Origin: Phycisphaerales bacterium | Lineage (GTDB): Bacteria; Planctomycetota; Phycisphaerae; Phycisphaerales; UBA1924 | Assembly (NCBI GenBank): GCA_044375915.1 | Contig: JBILLU010000001.1 | Coordinates: 1 to 52,698 of the forward strand | DNA length: 52,698 bases | Reading direction: 5' to 3' | Shown here: one piece after another, positions 33,730-42,508 of the stretch | Position numbering within the stretch: the stretch's first letter is position 1 | Layout of the letters: each line of letters starts with the position of its first letter | Made by a program: the position numbers and the translations under genes | Notes under the pieces: model-generated | The model's input: only the letters and a program-made list of their open reading frames with translations | Databases searched by the model: none | What the model was told of the DNA's origin: nothing

Positions 33730-36219
33730 CTACCACGCCGCGGCGCCGTCGCGGCTGTGTGGGGCCCAAGCGAGGACCACCGCACGGACGTTGATGTCGG
33801 TCTTCTTGGGCCGAAGGCTGATCTTCTCAATCGATGCGGGATCGACCTCAACTCCCTGAAGCGCCGAGATCTCGTCGTCAAACTCCTTCTTGAGGGCTTC
33901 GAACTGCGCGGTAACCGCGGCGACGTTCTCCTCGGCGCGGGCGACGTCGGAAGACTCCTTGCTGGCGCGGGAGACGCCGCGGGCGGCGGTGGCGGCGCGG
34001 CCCATGTTGCCGCTGCTCGCGACCTTGCGGCCGAGCAACGCGCCGAAGATCGCACTGCCGATCGACAACGCGGTGCCGATCTTGGCGCCGCTGGCCTGTT
34101 CACGCTGAACCTCCGCGGCCTGCTCGGCGCGGCGGACACGGTCTTGCAGGGTCTGGACCTTGGGGCCGTATTTGGCTTTCAGTTTCTCCATCGCCGCATC
34201 TCGCTTCTCGCGGACGGCGTGGCTGACGCGGGCGAGGAACGCGGCCTCGGACTCGCCGGGCTCCGACGCGAGTTTGTGCTCGGCGCTCCTGAACATCTCG
34301 AGCGAGCGGGAGCGGAAGATGCCTTCGGTGAGTTCCTTCTTCCACTTGTCGTAGGACTTCGCCTTGGCCGCATCGGCAGCGAGCGGGGCGAACGCGGCGC
34401 TGGCGAGCGGCTCTTTGTCGAGGTCTTTGTCGGAGAGATCGACGGCATCGGCGTGCTCCCAGTCGGCGGCGACCGCACCGTCGGTGATGGGCGTGAGCAA
34501 GGCGAGCTGTTCTTCGTGCGAGAGCCCGGCGCGGGTGCCGCCGTAGAAGACCTTGGCGAAGCCGAGCAGCATGGGGCGGTATTCGACGGCGTCGGTGCTT
34601 CGGGCGGGGATGAAGAACTCGGGGACATCGCCAGAGAGAACGGGGCGGCCGGAGTTGCCGGTGCTGACGGCGCTCGCGGCGTTGGAGCGACTGGGCGAGA
34701 CGGACGACGGCGACACGGCCGCACTGTTCGCCGCAACCGCCGCGGCGGCGGTGGCCGCGGCGCTGGGCATCGCGCCCCGCGCCGCGCCAGACATGTATCG
34801 ATCCCGCACCGGGTCCATCAGGACTTTGATCTGATCGCGCGTGAGTGGGCCGCGGAGGTAAGACAGGCACCAGCGTGATTCGAGCAGCACCGGCCCCGGC
34901 TCGTGGACGTTGTTCATCAGGAAGACGCGGTTGCCGAGCTTGCTGATGAGGGTGTCCATCTGCGCGCGGTCGAACGAGGCGCCCGCGGCGGCGGACGCGC
35001 CCTCAAGGCCGTCAAGCACGCGTTGCTTGTCGCGGTCGGTCTGCAGGCGGCCGATGAACCACGTTCCGGCGTTGGAGAGCCCCTTGTAGTCGAGATCAAC
35101 CGGGTTCTGCGTCGCCAGCACGACGCCGACGCCGAAGGCGCGGGCCTGCTTCATGAGCGTGAGCAGCGGGCGCTTGCTGGGCGGGTTCTGCACCGGCGGG
35201 ACGTAGCCAGCGATCTCGTCCATGTAGAGAAGGGCTCGGAGCGAGGTCGTGCCGCTCTGTTTGCGGACCCATGACAGCATCTCGTTCAGTAGCAGCGACA
35301 CCACGAACATGCGCTCGTTGTCGCCCAGATGGGCGATGCTCACGATCGCGCAGCGGGGCTTGCCGCCCGGTGCGAAGAGCATCTGCTGGATGTCGATCGG
35401 GGCACCTTCACCCAGGCGCTTCATGCCCGGAGACGCGAGCAAACTGTTGAGTGCGACGGCGAGTTGGAATCGCGCGGGTGCCGGGAAGAACTCTTCGAGC
35501 GCCATCGCGCCCACATGCGTCATCGGCGGCTTGTTGACGGCTTGGATGAGCTTCGCGAGGTCGAGGTCTTCGCCCGCCCCCCACCACTGCTCGATGAGCG
35601 CGCCCAGGAACGCGCTCTCGGGCGTCGGGCTCGACGACTCGCGGCCGAGCATCGAGAGGATGCCGCTGACGGTGGTTTCCACACGCTCGTGCATCAGTTC
35701 CGCCTCGTCGCGGATCGCCGGGGGCGGGGCGGCGAAGCTCCGCAGCACACTCAGCGGCACACCGGCGTTCGAGCCCGGGGTGTAGACCACAAACTCGGCC
35801 GAATCGCGCAGTCGTTGGATACGGGCCGCGTCCTGACCCCACGATTCAAGACCCTTCTTCCATTGCTCGGCCTGCTGCTTCGCGAACTCGTCGGGCGAGA
35901 TGTTCTTCCGCCGTGCGTCGTCTTCGTTGATCCACGGGCGAAAGTCGGCGGCCGCGAGGTTGGGGAAGGTGAGCAACAGGTTGGCGAGATCGCCCTTTGG
36001 ATCAATGATGAGCGACGGGATCCCGTCGATGGCGGCCTCTTCGAGCAGTCCGAGGCAGAGGCCGGTCTTGCCCGAGCCGGTCATGCCAACGCACACGCCG
36101 TGCGTGACGAGATCGCGGGAGTCGTACATCAGGTAATCGTCGGTGCGCTTCCAGGCGGCGGGGTCGAAGACTTTGCCGAGGTAGAAGGCGCCGAGTTTCT
36201 CGTAGTCGGTCGTGGACAT
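33730..36219 (-). CDS. HerA/FtsK-superfamily P-loop ATPase (DUF87/DUF853-like) with coiled-coil C-terminal third
   Basis: ATG 36217-36219 (GGAG upstream). Walker A VGMTGSGKTG followed by IIDPKGDL. Walker B LLYMDEIAGY. Then VVLATQNPVDLDY. The C-terminal ~270 aa are heptad-like, with a Gly-zipper-like segment IGTALSIGSAIFGALLG. Confidence 0.75.
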   Translation of the reverse strand: MSTTDYEKLGAFYLGKVFDPAAWKRTDDYLMYDSRDLVTHGVCVGMTGSGKTGLCLGLLEEAAIDGIPSLIIDPKGDLANLLLTFPNLAAADFRPWINEDDARRKNISPDEFAKQQAEQWKKGLESWGQDAARIQRLRDSAEFVVYTPGSNAGVPLSVLRSFAAPPPAIRDEAELMHERVETTVSGILSMLGRESSSPTPESAFLGALIEQWWGAGEDLDLAKLIQAVNKPPMTHVGAMALEEFFPAPARFQLAVALNSLLASPGMKRLGEGAPIDIQQMLFAPGGKPRCAIVSIAHLGDNERMFVVSLLLNEMLSWVRKQSGTTSLRALLYMDEIAGYVPPVQNPPSKRPLLTLMKQARAFGVGVVLATQNPVDLDYKGLSNAGTWFIGRLQTDRDKQRVLDGLEGASAAAGASFDRAQMDTLISKLGNRVFLMNNVHEPGPVLLESRWCLSYLRGPLTRDQIKVLMDPVRDRYMSGAARGAMPSAAATAAAAVAANSAAVSPSSVSPSRSNAASAVSTGNSGRPVLSGDVPEFFIPARSTDAVEYRPMLLGFAKVFYGGTRAGLSHEEQLALLTPITDGAVAADWEHADAVDLSDKDLDKEPLASAAFAPLAADAAKAKSYDKWKKELTEGIFRSRSLEMFRSAEHKLASEPGESEAAFLARVSHAVREKRDAAMEKLKAKYGPKVQTLQDRVRRAEQAAEVQREQASGAKIGTALSIGSAIFGALLGRKVASSGNMGRAATAARGVSRASKESSDVARAEENVAAVTAQFEALKKEFDDEISALQGVEVDPASIEKISLRPKKTDINVRAVVLAWAPHSRDGAAAW

Positions 36220-36235
36220 GGGTTCTCCGATCCAA

Positions 36236-36294
36236 ACTGTACCGGCGATCGCAACGACGTGTCCGGGGCGACCCGCACCGCCCCGCGGTACAGT
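36236..36294. promoter_or_regulatory. Nested palindromes in an 81-nt divergent control region
   Basis: ACTGTACCG (36236-36244) and CGGTACAGT (36286-36294) form a perfect 9-bp inverted repeat. They enclose the palindrome GCGATCGC (36245-36252) and the pair CGGGGCG/CGCCCCG. Confidence 0.4.
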
Positions 36295-36300
36295 CTCGGC

Positions 36301-37692
36301 GTGCAACGCGTCCTTGCCCGACTGGCATTCGCACTCGCCCTGCTCGCCGCCACGTTCGGCGTCGCGATGACGCCATCCTGCGCCCGTCGTGCGGAACGAG
36401 GCGTCATCGAGCTGGAGTTCTGGACGATCGCCCTCGCCACGTTCGACACCTACATCCGTGGCCAGCTCGCCGCCTTCGAAGCCGCACACCCGGGCGTCAA
36501 GGTCCGATGGGTCGACGTCCCGTACACCGTCCTGGAACGAAAACTCATCTCCGCCGCCGCAGCGGGGCGAGCACCTGATGTCGTGAACATGTCGGACGTG
36601 AACTACGCCCGCTTTGCCGCGCTGGGCGCGTTCGTTGATCTGAACCCGCTGGTGCCAACCGATCAATCGCCCGAGGAACGATACCTGCCCGGCGCGCTGT
36701 TCCTGTGCAAGGTCTACAGCGCCAACGCGGCACGCAAGCCACTTCTGGCCCTGCCGTGGTACGTGAACCCACAGGCGAGCATCATCAATACGCAACTGCT
36801 CGAGGCGGGCAGCTTAAAGCTCGACACGCTGCCCGGCGACTGGCGGGGTGTGCTCGCGCTCGCGTCCGATTTTCGCAAACGCACCGGCAAGTTCTTGATC
36901 AGCCAGCCGCTGGGCGAAGAGAGCCAGTTGCCGGTGATGCTGCTGGGCGAAGGGCTCGTTCCGCTCCGACCCCGCGACCCCGCGGATCCGAGCAAGGGGC
37001 TCGAGGCCGATCTCACCCGCCCCGAGGTCCGCGACTACATCGCTCTGTGGGTCGATGCCTTCCGCCGCGGCGATCTGCCCCGGGCCGCGGCGACACAAGG
37101 GCACAGCCACCTGCTCGATCTGTACCAGGAGCAGTCGATCGCCGTGATCAGCACCGGACCAAACTTCCTGAAGAATGTCCGCGACGTTTCGCCGAAGGTG
37201 TACGCGCGTTCGATGGTGCGAGAAGATGTCCGCGGCTCGCTCGGGCGGGCCCACATGCCGATCATGGTGCTGTCCGTCACGAGCCAGTCGCGGCATCCGA
37301 AAGAGGCCGCCGCGCTGGCGTGGTGGATGACCGGGTCGCAAGCTCAACTTGAGTTCTGCAAACTCGTAGCCATCATGCCCAGCACCGCGGCCAGCGCGAG
37401 CGATCCCTACTTTCGTCCCACCGACGCTGAGATGAACGGCCCCGACGGCGTGCTCGCCCGCGCCCGAAAGGTCGTCGCCGACAGCCTTCCCACCGCCGTC
37501 GGCTTCACAGCCGCGCTCGACACCTGGCCCGACCTTCGCCGCAGTTTCGAGGAAGCGATCAAGCGGGTGCTTGTGGACAGCGCCGATCTGGACGAAACGC
37601 TGCGGCATCTAAATGCCGAATGGAACCGAATCCTCCGCGAAGCGCCGCCGGCAACGATGGAAGCGGTGCCACAGCCGGAGAGAGTGCCTTGA
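36301..37692 (+). CDS. ABC transporter substrate-binding protein (family 1, sugar-type)
   Basis: GTG 36301 gives VQRVLARLAFALALLAATFGVAMT.., a signal peptide. IELEFWTIALATFDTYIRGQLAAFEAAHPGVKVRWVDVPY... is typical of extracellular solute-binding proteins. The upstream part of ORF 35329.. is antisense to the ATPase gene. Confidence 0.75.
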   Translation: MQRVLARLAFALALLAATFGVAMTPSCARRAERGVIELEFWTIALATFDTYIRGQLAAFEAAHPGVKVRWVDVPYTVLERKLISAAAAGRAPDVVNMSDVNYARFAALGAFVDLNPLVPTDQSPEERYLPGALFLCKVYSANAARKPLLALPWYVNPQASIINTQLLEAGSLKLDTLPGDWRGVLALASDFRKRTGKFLISQPLGEESQLPVMLLGEGLVPLRPRDPADPSKGLEADLTRPEVRDYIALWVDAFRRGDLPRAAATQGHSHLLDLYQEQSIAVISTGPNFLKNVRDVSPKVYARSMVREDVRGSLGRAHMPIMVLSVTSQSRHPKEAAALAWWMTGSQAQLEFCKLVAIMPSTAASASDPYFRPTDAEMNGPDGVLARARKVVADSLPTAVGFTAALDTWPDLRRSFEEAIKRVLVDSADLDETLRHLNAEWNRILREAPPATMEAVPQPERVP

Positions 37693-39038
37693 CGACGCCC
37701 GCCGCATCGCGATTCCACCGCACCGCCGCGATCATCTCGCAGGGCGACGAGATCGTCCTGGGCCAGACGCTCGACACCAACAGCCGCTGGCTCAGCGCCC
37801 GGCTGCTCGAGATCGGTGTACTGCCGCTCGAGCACGTCAGTGTGCCTGACGATCGCGACGCCATCGCTGGTGCACTGCGCCGCCTGAGCGAGCGAGCCGA
37901 CCTCATCATCTGCTCCGGCGGCCTGGGCCCCACCGCCGACGACCTCACCCGCTTTGCGTTGCTTGACGTCATCGGTGGCGCGATGGTGGAAGACGCCCCG
38001 TCGCTCGCCGCGATCCGCGCCTATTTCGAGTCCCGCGGCCGGGTCATGAACGATCTCAACCGAGTCCAGGCGCAGCGACCCGATCGCGCGGAGATGATTC
38101 CAAACCCGCACGGCACCGCCCCGGGCCTGCGTGCTCGCCTCGCCAGCGGCTGCGATGTGTTCTGCCTCCCCGGCCCGCCCCGCGAGATGACGCCCATGTT
38201 CGAGCAGCACGTCCGCCCGCGGCTGCGCCTCGAACCCGGCCGCACCGTCGCCACCCGCGGCTTGCACACGATCGGCCTGGGCGAGTCCGAGATCGCCGCC
38301 CGCCTCGCGAAGGCCGGCGACATGATGTCCCGCACGCGGAACCCGAGCATCGGCACCACCGCTTCGCAGTCGATCGTGTCGGTGCGGCTGCGATACGAAG
38401 GACCAAGTAACGCCGCGGCCGCTGCGCTCGACGCCAATGAGGCCGCGGTTCGCACGCTCCTGGGCAACTCCGTCTTTGCATCGGGCGAGCAGTCGCTGCC
38501 CGGGGCGATCCTCGATCGCCTCCGCACCGCGGGGCAGACGCTCAGTGTCGCCGAGAGTTGCACCGGCGGCCTGCTGGGTTCGCTTCTCACCGATGTGCCC
38601 GGATCGTCGGATGCGTTCATCGCCGGGTGGCTGACATACTCCAACGAGGCCAAGCGCCGCGACCTCGGTGTGCCCGGCCACCTCTTCTCAGAGAACGGCG
38701 GCGCCGCACCTGGCGCTGTGAGCGCCGAAGTCGCAGCCGCCATGGCAGAGGGTGCCCGCCGCGTCGCCGCGAGCACGTTCGCACTGTCGATTACCGGCAT
38801 CGCCGGCCCCGGCGGCGCTGTTCCCGGAAAACCCGTCGGAACCGTGTTCATCGCGCTCGCTGGCGACGGCTTCCCGACAGAGGTCCGCCGCTTCGCCATG
38901 AGCGGCGACCGCGCCACGGTGCGTGATTGGTCGGCCCGCGCCGCTCTCGCCATGCTCTGGTTTCACCTCGTCGGCGACACGACAACCACGCTCCTACGCG
39001 AGGTGCGCCTCGACGGCAGTCCGTTCGCGCCCACGTAA
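37689..39038 (+). CDS. cinA: CinA family protein (MoCF-binding plus nicotinamide-nucleotide amidase domains)
   Basis: AAIISQGDEIVLGQTLDTNSRWLS...ADLIICSGGLGPTADDLTR is the CinA N-domain. LSVAESCTGGLLGSLLTDVPGSS is the CinA C-domain. The proposed TTG 37689 overlaps the SBP stop (TTGA). Confidence 0.85.
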   Translation: MTTPAASRFHRTAAIISQGDEIVLGQTLDTNSRWLSARLLEIGVLPLEHVSVPDDRDAIAGALRRLSERADLIICSGGLGPTADDLTRFALLDVIGGAMVEDAPSLAAIRAYFESRGRVMNDLNRVQAQRPDRAEMIPNPHGTAPGLRARLASGCDVFCLPGPPREMTPMFEQHVRPRLRLEPGRTVATRGLHTIGLGESEIAARLAKAGDMMSRTRNPSIGTTASQSIVSVRLRYEGPSNAAAAALDANEAAVRTLLGNSVFASGEQSLPGAILDRLRTAGQTLSVAESCTGGLLGSLLTDVPGSSDAFIAGWLTYSNEAKRRDLGVPGHLFSENGGAAPGAVSAEVAAAMAEGARRVAASTFALSITGIAGPGGAVPGKPVGTVFIALAGDGFPTEVRRFAMSGDRATVRDWSARAALAMLWFHLVGDTTTTLLREVRLDGSPFAPT

Positions 39039-39048
39039 CGCGACGCTC

Positions 39049-41010
39049 TCACCCGCGCCCGAACAACTTGTCCAACTCACGAATCGTCAGCCGCACCGTC
39101 GTCGGCCGGCCGTGCGGGCAGTTGCTCGATCGCTCGACCGCTTCGCGCAGCCGCATGAGTTCGTTCAACTCCAGGTCCGACATCGCATCGCCAGCCTTGA
39201 TCGCGGCCTTGCACGCCATCATGTCGAGCACATCGCGCAGCAGCCGCTCGTCCCGCGGCCCGGTGTCGCCGGCCTTCAGACGCGTGTCGCGCGAGGCCTC
39301 TTCGTTGTCATCGGTCAAGGACAGCAGGTCGGCGATGAACGGCCCAGGTTCCACGCCGCGGGAGAAGAGAAACGACGGAAACGCCCGCACCGCGATCGAC
39401 CGAGGCCCGGCTGTCTCCGCCTCGATGCCGACCCGCGTCAGCAGCGGCTTCATCTCCTCCAGCCGCCCCAACTGGTCCGCCGTCGCGTCCACGATCTCCG
39501 GCGTGAGCAACTGCTGGCTCTCGAGATTGCCCTTCCCCACCCGCGCAAGCAACGCCTCGAACATCACCCGCTCGTGCAGCGCGTGCTGATCGACGATCAC
39601 CACGCCCTGCGCGTCCTGTGTGACGACATACGAGTTGTGCACCTGCAAGATGCGATCGGCACGGCGGACCTCAGGGATCTCGACACGCGTGTCCTGCAAC
39701 GCTGCGACGGGCGAGTCACCGACCACGGGGGTTGCCGAGGGCTGCGGGGTCGCAGCGTCGGGAACAAGTGCCCCTTCGGCGCCGCTCGCAAGCAACGGTT
39801 GCTGTGTGCCGGGCTCGAATCGCTGCAGGTAGCCCACGAACGCCTCGACCTGCTGCGGCGAGGGCGGCGTTCGGGGCTCCACGATCGGTGCCGTCGACGC
39901 ACCGGGCAGCACGCCCGGATGCTGCGTGGCCTGCGAATTAGGGACGCTGCCGCCCAGGGAGAAGTACGTCGGCGTCAAGTCCGCAGCCCGAAGCGCCCGC
40001 GTCACCGCGTGATAGACCACAGAGTGCACCAGCGACGAGTCACGGAACCGCACCTCCGCCTTGGTCGGATGCACGTTCACGTCCACCGCTTCCGGCGACA
40101 TCTCCAGCATGAGCACCGCCGTGGGATACCGCGACGGCTCGATCAGCCCGCGATAGGCCTGCAGCAGCGCGTGCTGCACCGTGCGATCCCGCACCGGACG
40201 CCCGTTCACAAACACGTGCTGGCTCTTGTTCGTCGCCCGCGCGATCGACGGCGTCCCGATCAGCCCGAAGAGCGACACGCCCCGCACGTCGTGCTGATCG
40301 GACTGCACCACCAGCAGTTCCGGCTCCAGTTCCTTGCCGATCAGATCGAGAATGCGCTGCTGCGGCGTCTGATCCGGCGGCAGGTCGAAGACCACCTTGC
40401 CGTCGATCACCAGCCGCACACCGATCAGGGGATGTGCCATCGCGATCGCCAGCAGCGTGTCGTGGCATCGGCCCTGCTCGGTCGAGATCGTGCGCAGGAA
40501 CTTCCGCCGCGCCGGCGTGTTAAAGAAGAGATTCCGGACGCTCACGCTGGTGCCGACCGGGCCCGACGTCGGCCGGATCGGCTGGACGACATCGCCCTCG
40601 CTCACCAGTTCAAACGCCTCGTTCGACGCGGTCGTGCGCGATCGAATCGACAGCCGCGACACCGACGCAATCGATGCCAGCGCCTCGCCACGGAAACCGA
40701 GCGTCGCGATGTGATCCAGATCGTCGATGCTCGAGACCTTGCTGGTCGCGTGCGGGGCGATCGCCAGCGGCAGGTCGCCCTTGGCGATGCCGCCGCCGTT
40801 GTCCGTCACCCGGACCAGTTCCACGCCGCCCTGTTCCAGTTCCACCGCGACCCGCGTCGCGCTGGCGTCGATCGCGTTCTCCGCGAGTTCCTTCACAACG
40901 CTCGCCGGCCGCTCCACCACCTCGCCCGCGGCGATCTGGCTGGCGACCAGGTTGGAAAGCACCCGGATCGGACGGGTTTCCGGCACAGATGATGCACCCG
41001 CGGCAGTCAC
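39049..41010 (-). CDS. mutL: DNA mismatch repair protein MutL
   Basis: IRVLSNLVASQIAAGEVVERPASVVKELAENAIDA, DNGGGI, LGFRGEAL and the C-terminal CPHGRP are MutL motifs. There is no ATG; candidate starts are GTG 41008-41010 or GTG 40984-40986. Confidence 0.9.
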   Translation of the reverse strand: MTAAGASSVPETRPIRVLSNLVASQIAAGEVVERPASVVKELAENAIDASATRVAVELEQGGVELVRVTDNGGGIAKGDLPLAIAPHATSKVSSIDDLDHIATLGFRGEALASIASVSRLSIRSRTTASNEAFELVSEGDVVQPIRPTSGPVGTSVSVRNLFFNTPARRKFLRTISTEQGRCHDTLLAIAMAHPLIGVRLVIDGKVVFDLPPDQTPQQRILDLIGKELEPELLVVQSDQHDVRGVSLFGLIGTPSIARATNKSQHVFVNGRPVRDRTVQHALLQAYRGLIEPSRYPTAVLMLEMSPEAVDVNVHPTKAEVRFRDSSLVHSVVYHAVTRALRAADLTPTYFSLGGSVPNSQATQHPGVLPGASTAPIVEPRTPPSPQQVEAFVGYLQRFEPGTQQPLLASGAEGALVPDAATPQPSATPVVGDSPVAALQDTRVEIPEVRRADRILQVHNSYVVTQDAQGVVIVDQHALHERVMFEALLARVGKGNLESQQLLTPEIVDATADQLGRLEEMKPLLTRVGIEAETAGPRSIAVRAFPSFLFSRGVEPGPFIADLLSLTDDNEEASRDTRLKAGDTGPRDERLLRDVLDMMACKAAIKAGDAMSDLELNELMRLREAVERSSNCPHGRPTTVRLTIRELDKLFGRG

Positions 41011-41067
41011 GCCGCCATGGTACGGCGGAGCAATCGGGCGCGACGCGCGGCATCCAGCCACCGGCAC

Positions 41068-41118
41068 GGGGCGAATCGTTGCGGTAAACTGCCCGCCCAA
41101 CACAAGACCGACCGCATG
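41068..41118 (+). promoter_or_regulatory. Candidate H-type pseudoknot leader upstream of yhhQ (speculative preQ1-type sensor)
   Basis: GGGCG (41069-41073) can pair with CGCCC (41094-41098). Loop GCGGU (41081-41085) can pair with ACCGC (41111-41115), which abuts the ATG. An A/C-rich tail CAACACAAGACC lies between them. Not matched to any covariance model. Confidence 0.2.
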
Positions 41119-41895
41119 GCGAACACACCAACACCACTCCATCCCGCCGAATCCCTCGACGCCCGCGACCCCCACGCGTTCTCGACGCCGCAGTCGCTCT
41201 ACCTCTGGCTCAGCGGCGTCTATGTGACCTCGCTGGTCATGGCCAACGTGCTGGGCGTCAAGTTGTTCTCGATCCCGACCGGCGTCGCCGCCCTCGGCAG
41301 CGAGAATTTCCGCATCGAGCACACCGTGGGAATGATCCCGTTCCCGATCACATTCCTGCTCACCGATCTCATCAACGAGTACTACGGCCGCAAGGCCACG
41401 CGCCGGGTCACGTACGTTGCGTTCGCGATGGCCTTCCTCGCGTTCGTGCTCATCAGCGTCGCCCGCCGCGTCCCGATTCTCGAGGGCATCCCCGGCACGG
41501 CGAACCAGGCCTCGTTCGAGAACATCTTCGGCAGCGCCACGCTGATGTACATGGCGTCGCTCGTCGCGTTTCTGCTCGGCTCGCTCCTGGATATCTTCGT
41601 CTTCGCGGTCTTCAAGCATCTCACGGCGGGCAAGATGGTCTGGCTCCGCGCCACCGGCAGCACGATCATCAGCCAGATCTTCGACAGCTTGATCGTGACC
41701 TTCCTCTTCTTCTGGCTCTTTCCCAAGATGCTCGGCCAGCCCAGCGCCGATTTGAGCTTCGTGCTCAAAACCGCCGCGACGGGCTACGTCCTCAAGTTCT
41801 TCATCGCCGTCGGCATGACGCCGCTGATCTACGCCGGTCGTGCGTTCGTGCAGCGTGTCTTCGGCCTGCGTCCGATCGCTGCGGATCTGTCCTGA
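41116..41895 (+). CDS. yhhQ: Queuosine-precursor transporter (YhhQ/DUF165, VUT family)
   Basis: ATG 41116. Multi-TM protein with FPITFLLTDLINEYYGRK and ISQIFDSLIVTFLFF, both characteristic of YhhQ-type transporters. Confidence 0.8.
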   Translation: MANTPTPLHPAESLDARDPHAFSTPQSLYLWLSGVYVTSLVMANVLGVKLFSIPTGVAALGSENFRIEHTVGMIPFPITFLLTDLINEYYGRKATRRVTYVAFAMAFLAFVLISVARRVPILEGIPGTANQASFENIFGSATLMYMASLVAFLLGSLLDIFVFAVFKHLTAGKMVWLRATGSTIISQIFDSLIVTFLFFWLFPKMLGQPSADLSFVLKTAATGYVLKFFIAVGMTPLIYAGRAFVQRVFGLRPIAADLS

Positions 41896-41926
41896 TCGCC
41901 GCGACCGCATCGACAAGCCGGCTCGC

Positions 41927-42481
41927 CTAGATCAACCCGCGTGCATGCGCGAGCGTGATCGCCAGGATCGACTTGCCGTCTTCCAAACTTCCACTCGTCG
42001 CCAGGCGCATCGCCTCGGCGGCGTCCAGAAGTCGCACCGTGATGGACTCATCGTCCTCCAGATCCTGCCCCACGTGCGTCAACCCCGTGGCGATGAACAG
42101 GCGCATCCGTTCGTCGGTCATTCCGGGCGTCGGATAGAACTCCGCGAGTCGCTCGATCCGCGCCGCGCGATAGCCCGTCTCTTCGATCAGTTCGCGTCCC
42201 GCGCACACCGAGACGTCCTCACCCGCTTCCAACGTTCCCGCCGGAATCTCCAGCAGCGTTCTCCCAATAGAGAAGCGATGGTTCTCGACGAACACGATCT
42301 GGCGTCGGCCACCCGACTCAAGGATCGGTAGGATCACCGCCGACCCGCCATGGCGCACAATCTCGCGCTCGAGTTCCTGCCCGCCGGGCATCCGGACCCG
42401 CACGACCTCAAAGTCAAACTTGCGGCCCTTGCGGACGGTTGTTCTGGAAAGTTCCCGGATACCCTCGCTCGCGTGGCTCAT
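41927..42481 (-). CDS. NUDIX hydrolase (ADP-ribose pyrophosphatase-like)
   Basis: ATG 42479-42481. The Nudix box is GTLEAGEDVSVCAGRELIEETGY. The ORF-track extension to 43360 is antisense to the MlaF-like gene. Confidence 0.85.
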   Translation of the reverse strand: MSHASEGIRELSRTTVRKGRKFDFEVVRVRMPGGQELEREIVRHGGSAVILPILESGGRRQIVFVENHRFSIGRTLLEIPAGTLEAGEDVSVCAGRELIEETGYRAARIERLAEFYPTPGMTDERMRLFIATGLTHVGQDLEDDESITVRLLDAAEAMRLATSGSLEDGKSILAITLAHARGLI

Positions 42482-42508
42482 CGAAGCGGAGCGTACGCCA
42501 GGTCCACC

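Noticed and set aside
38923-40992. 689-aa Arg/His/Pro-rich ORF antisense to mutL
   Set aside because: Its composition is typical of off-frame high-GC translation. MutL motifs are on the opposite strand.
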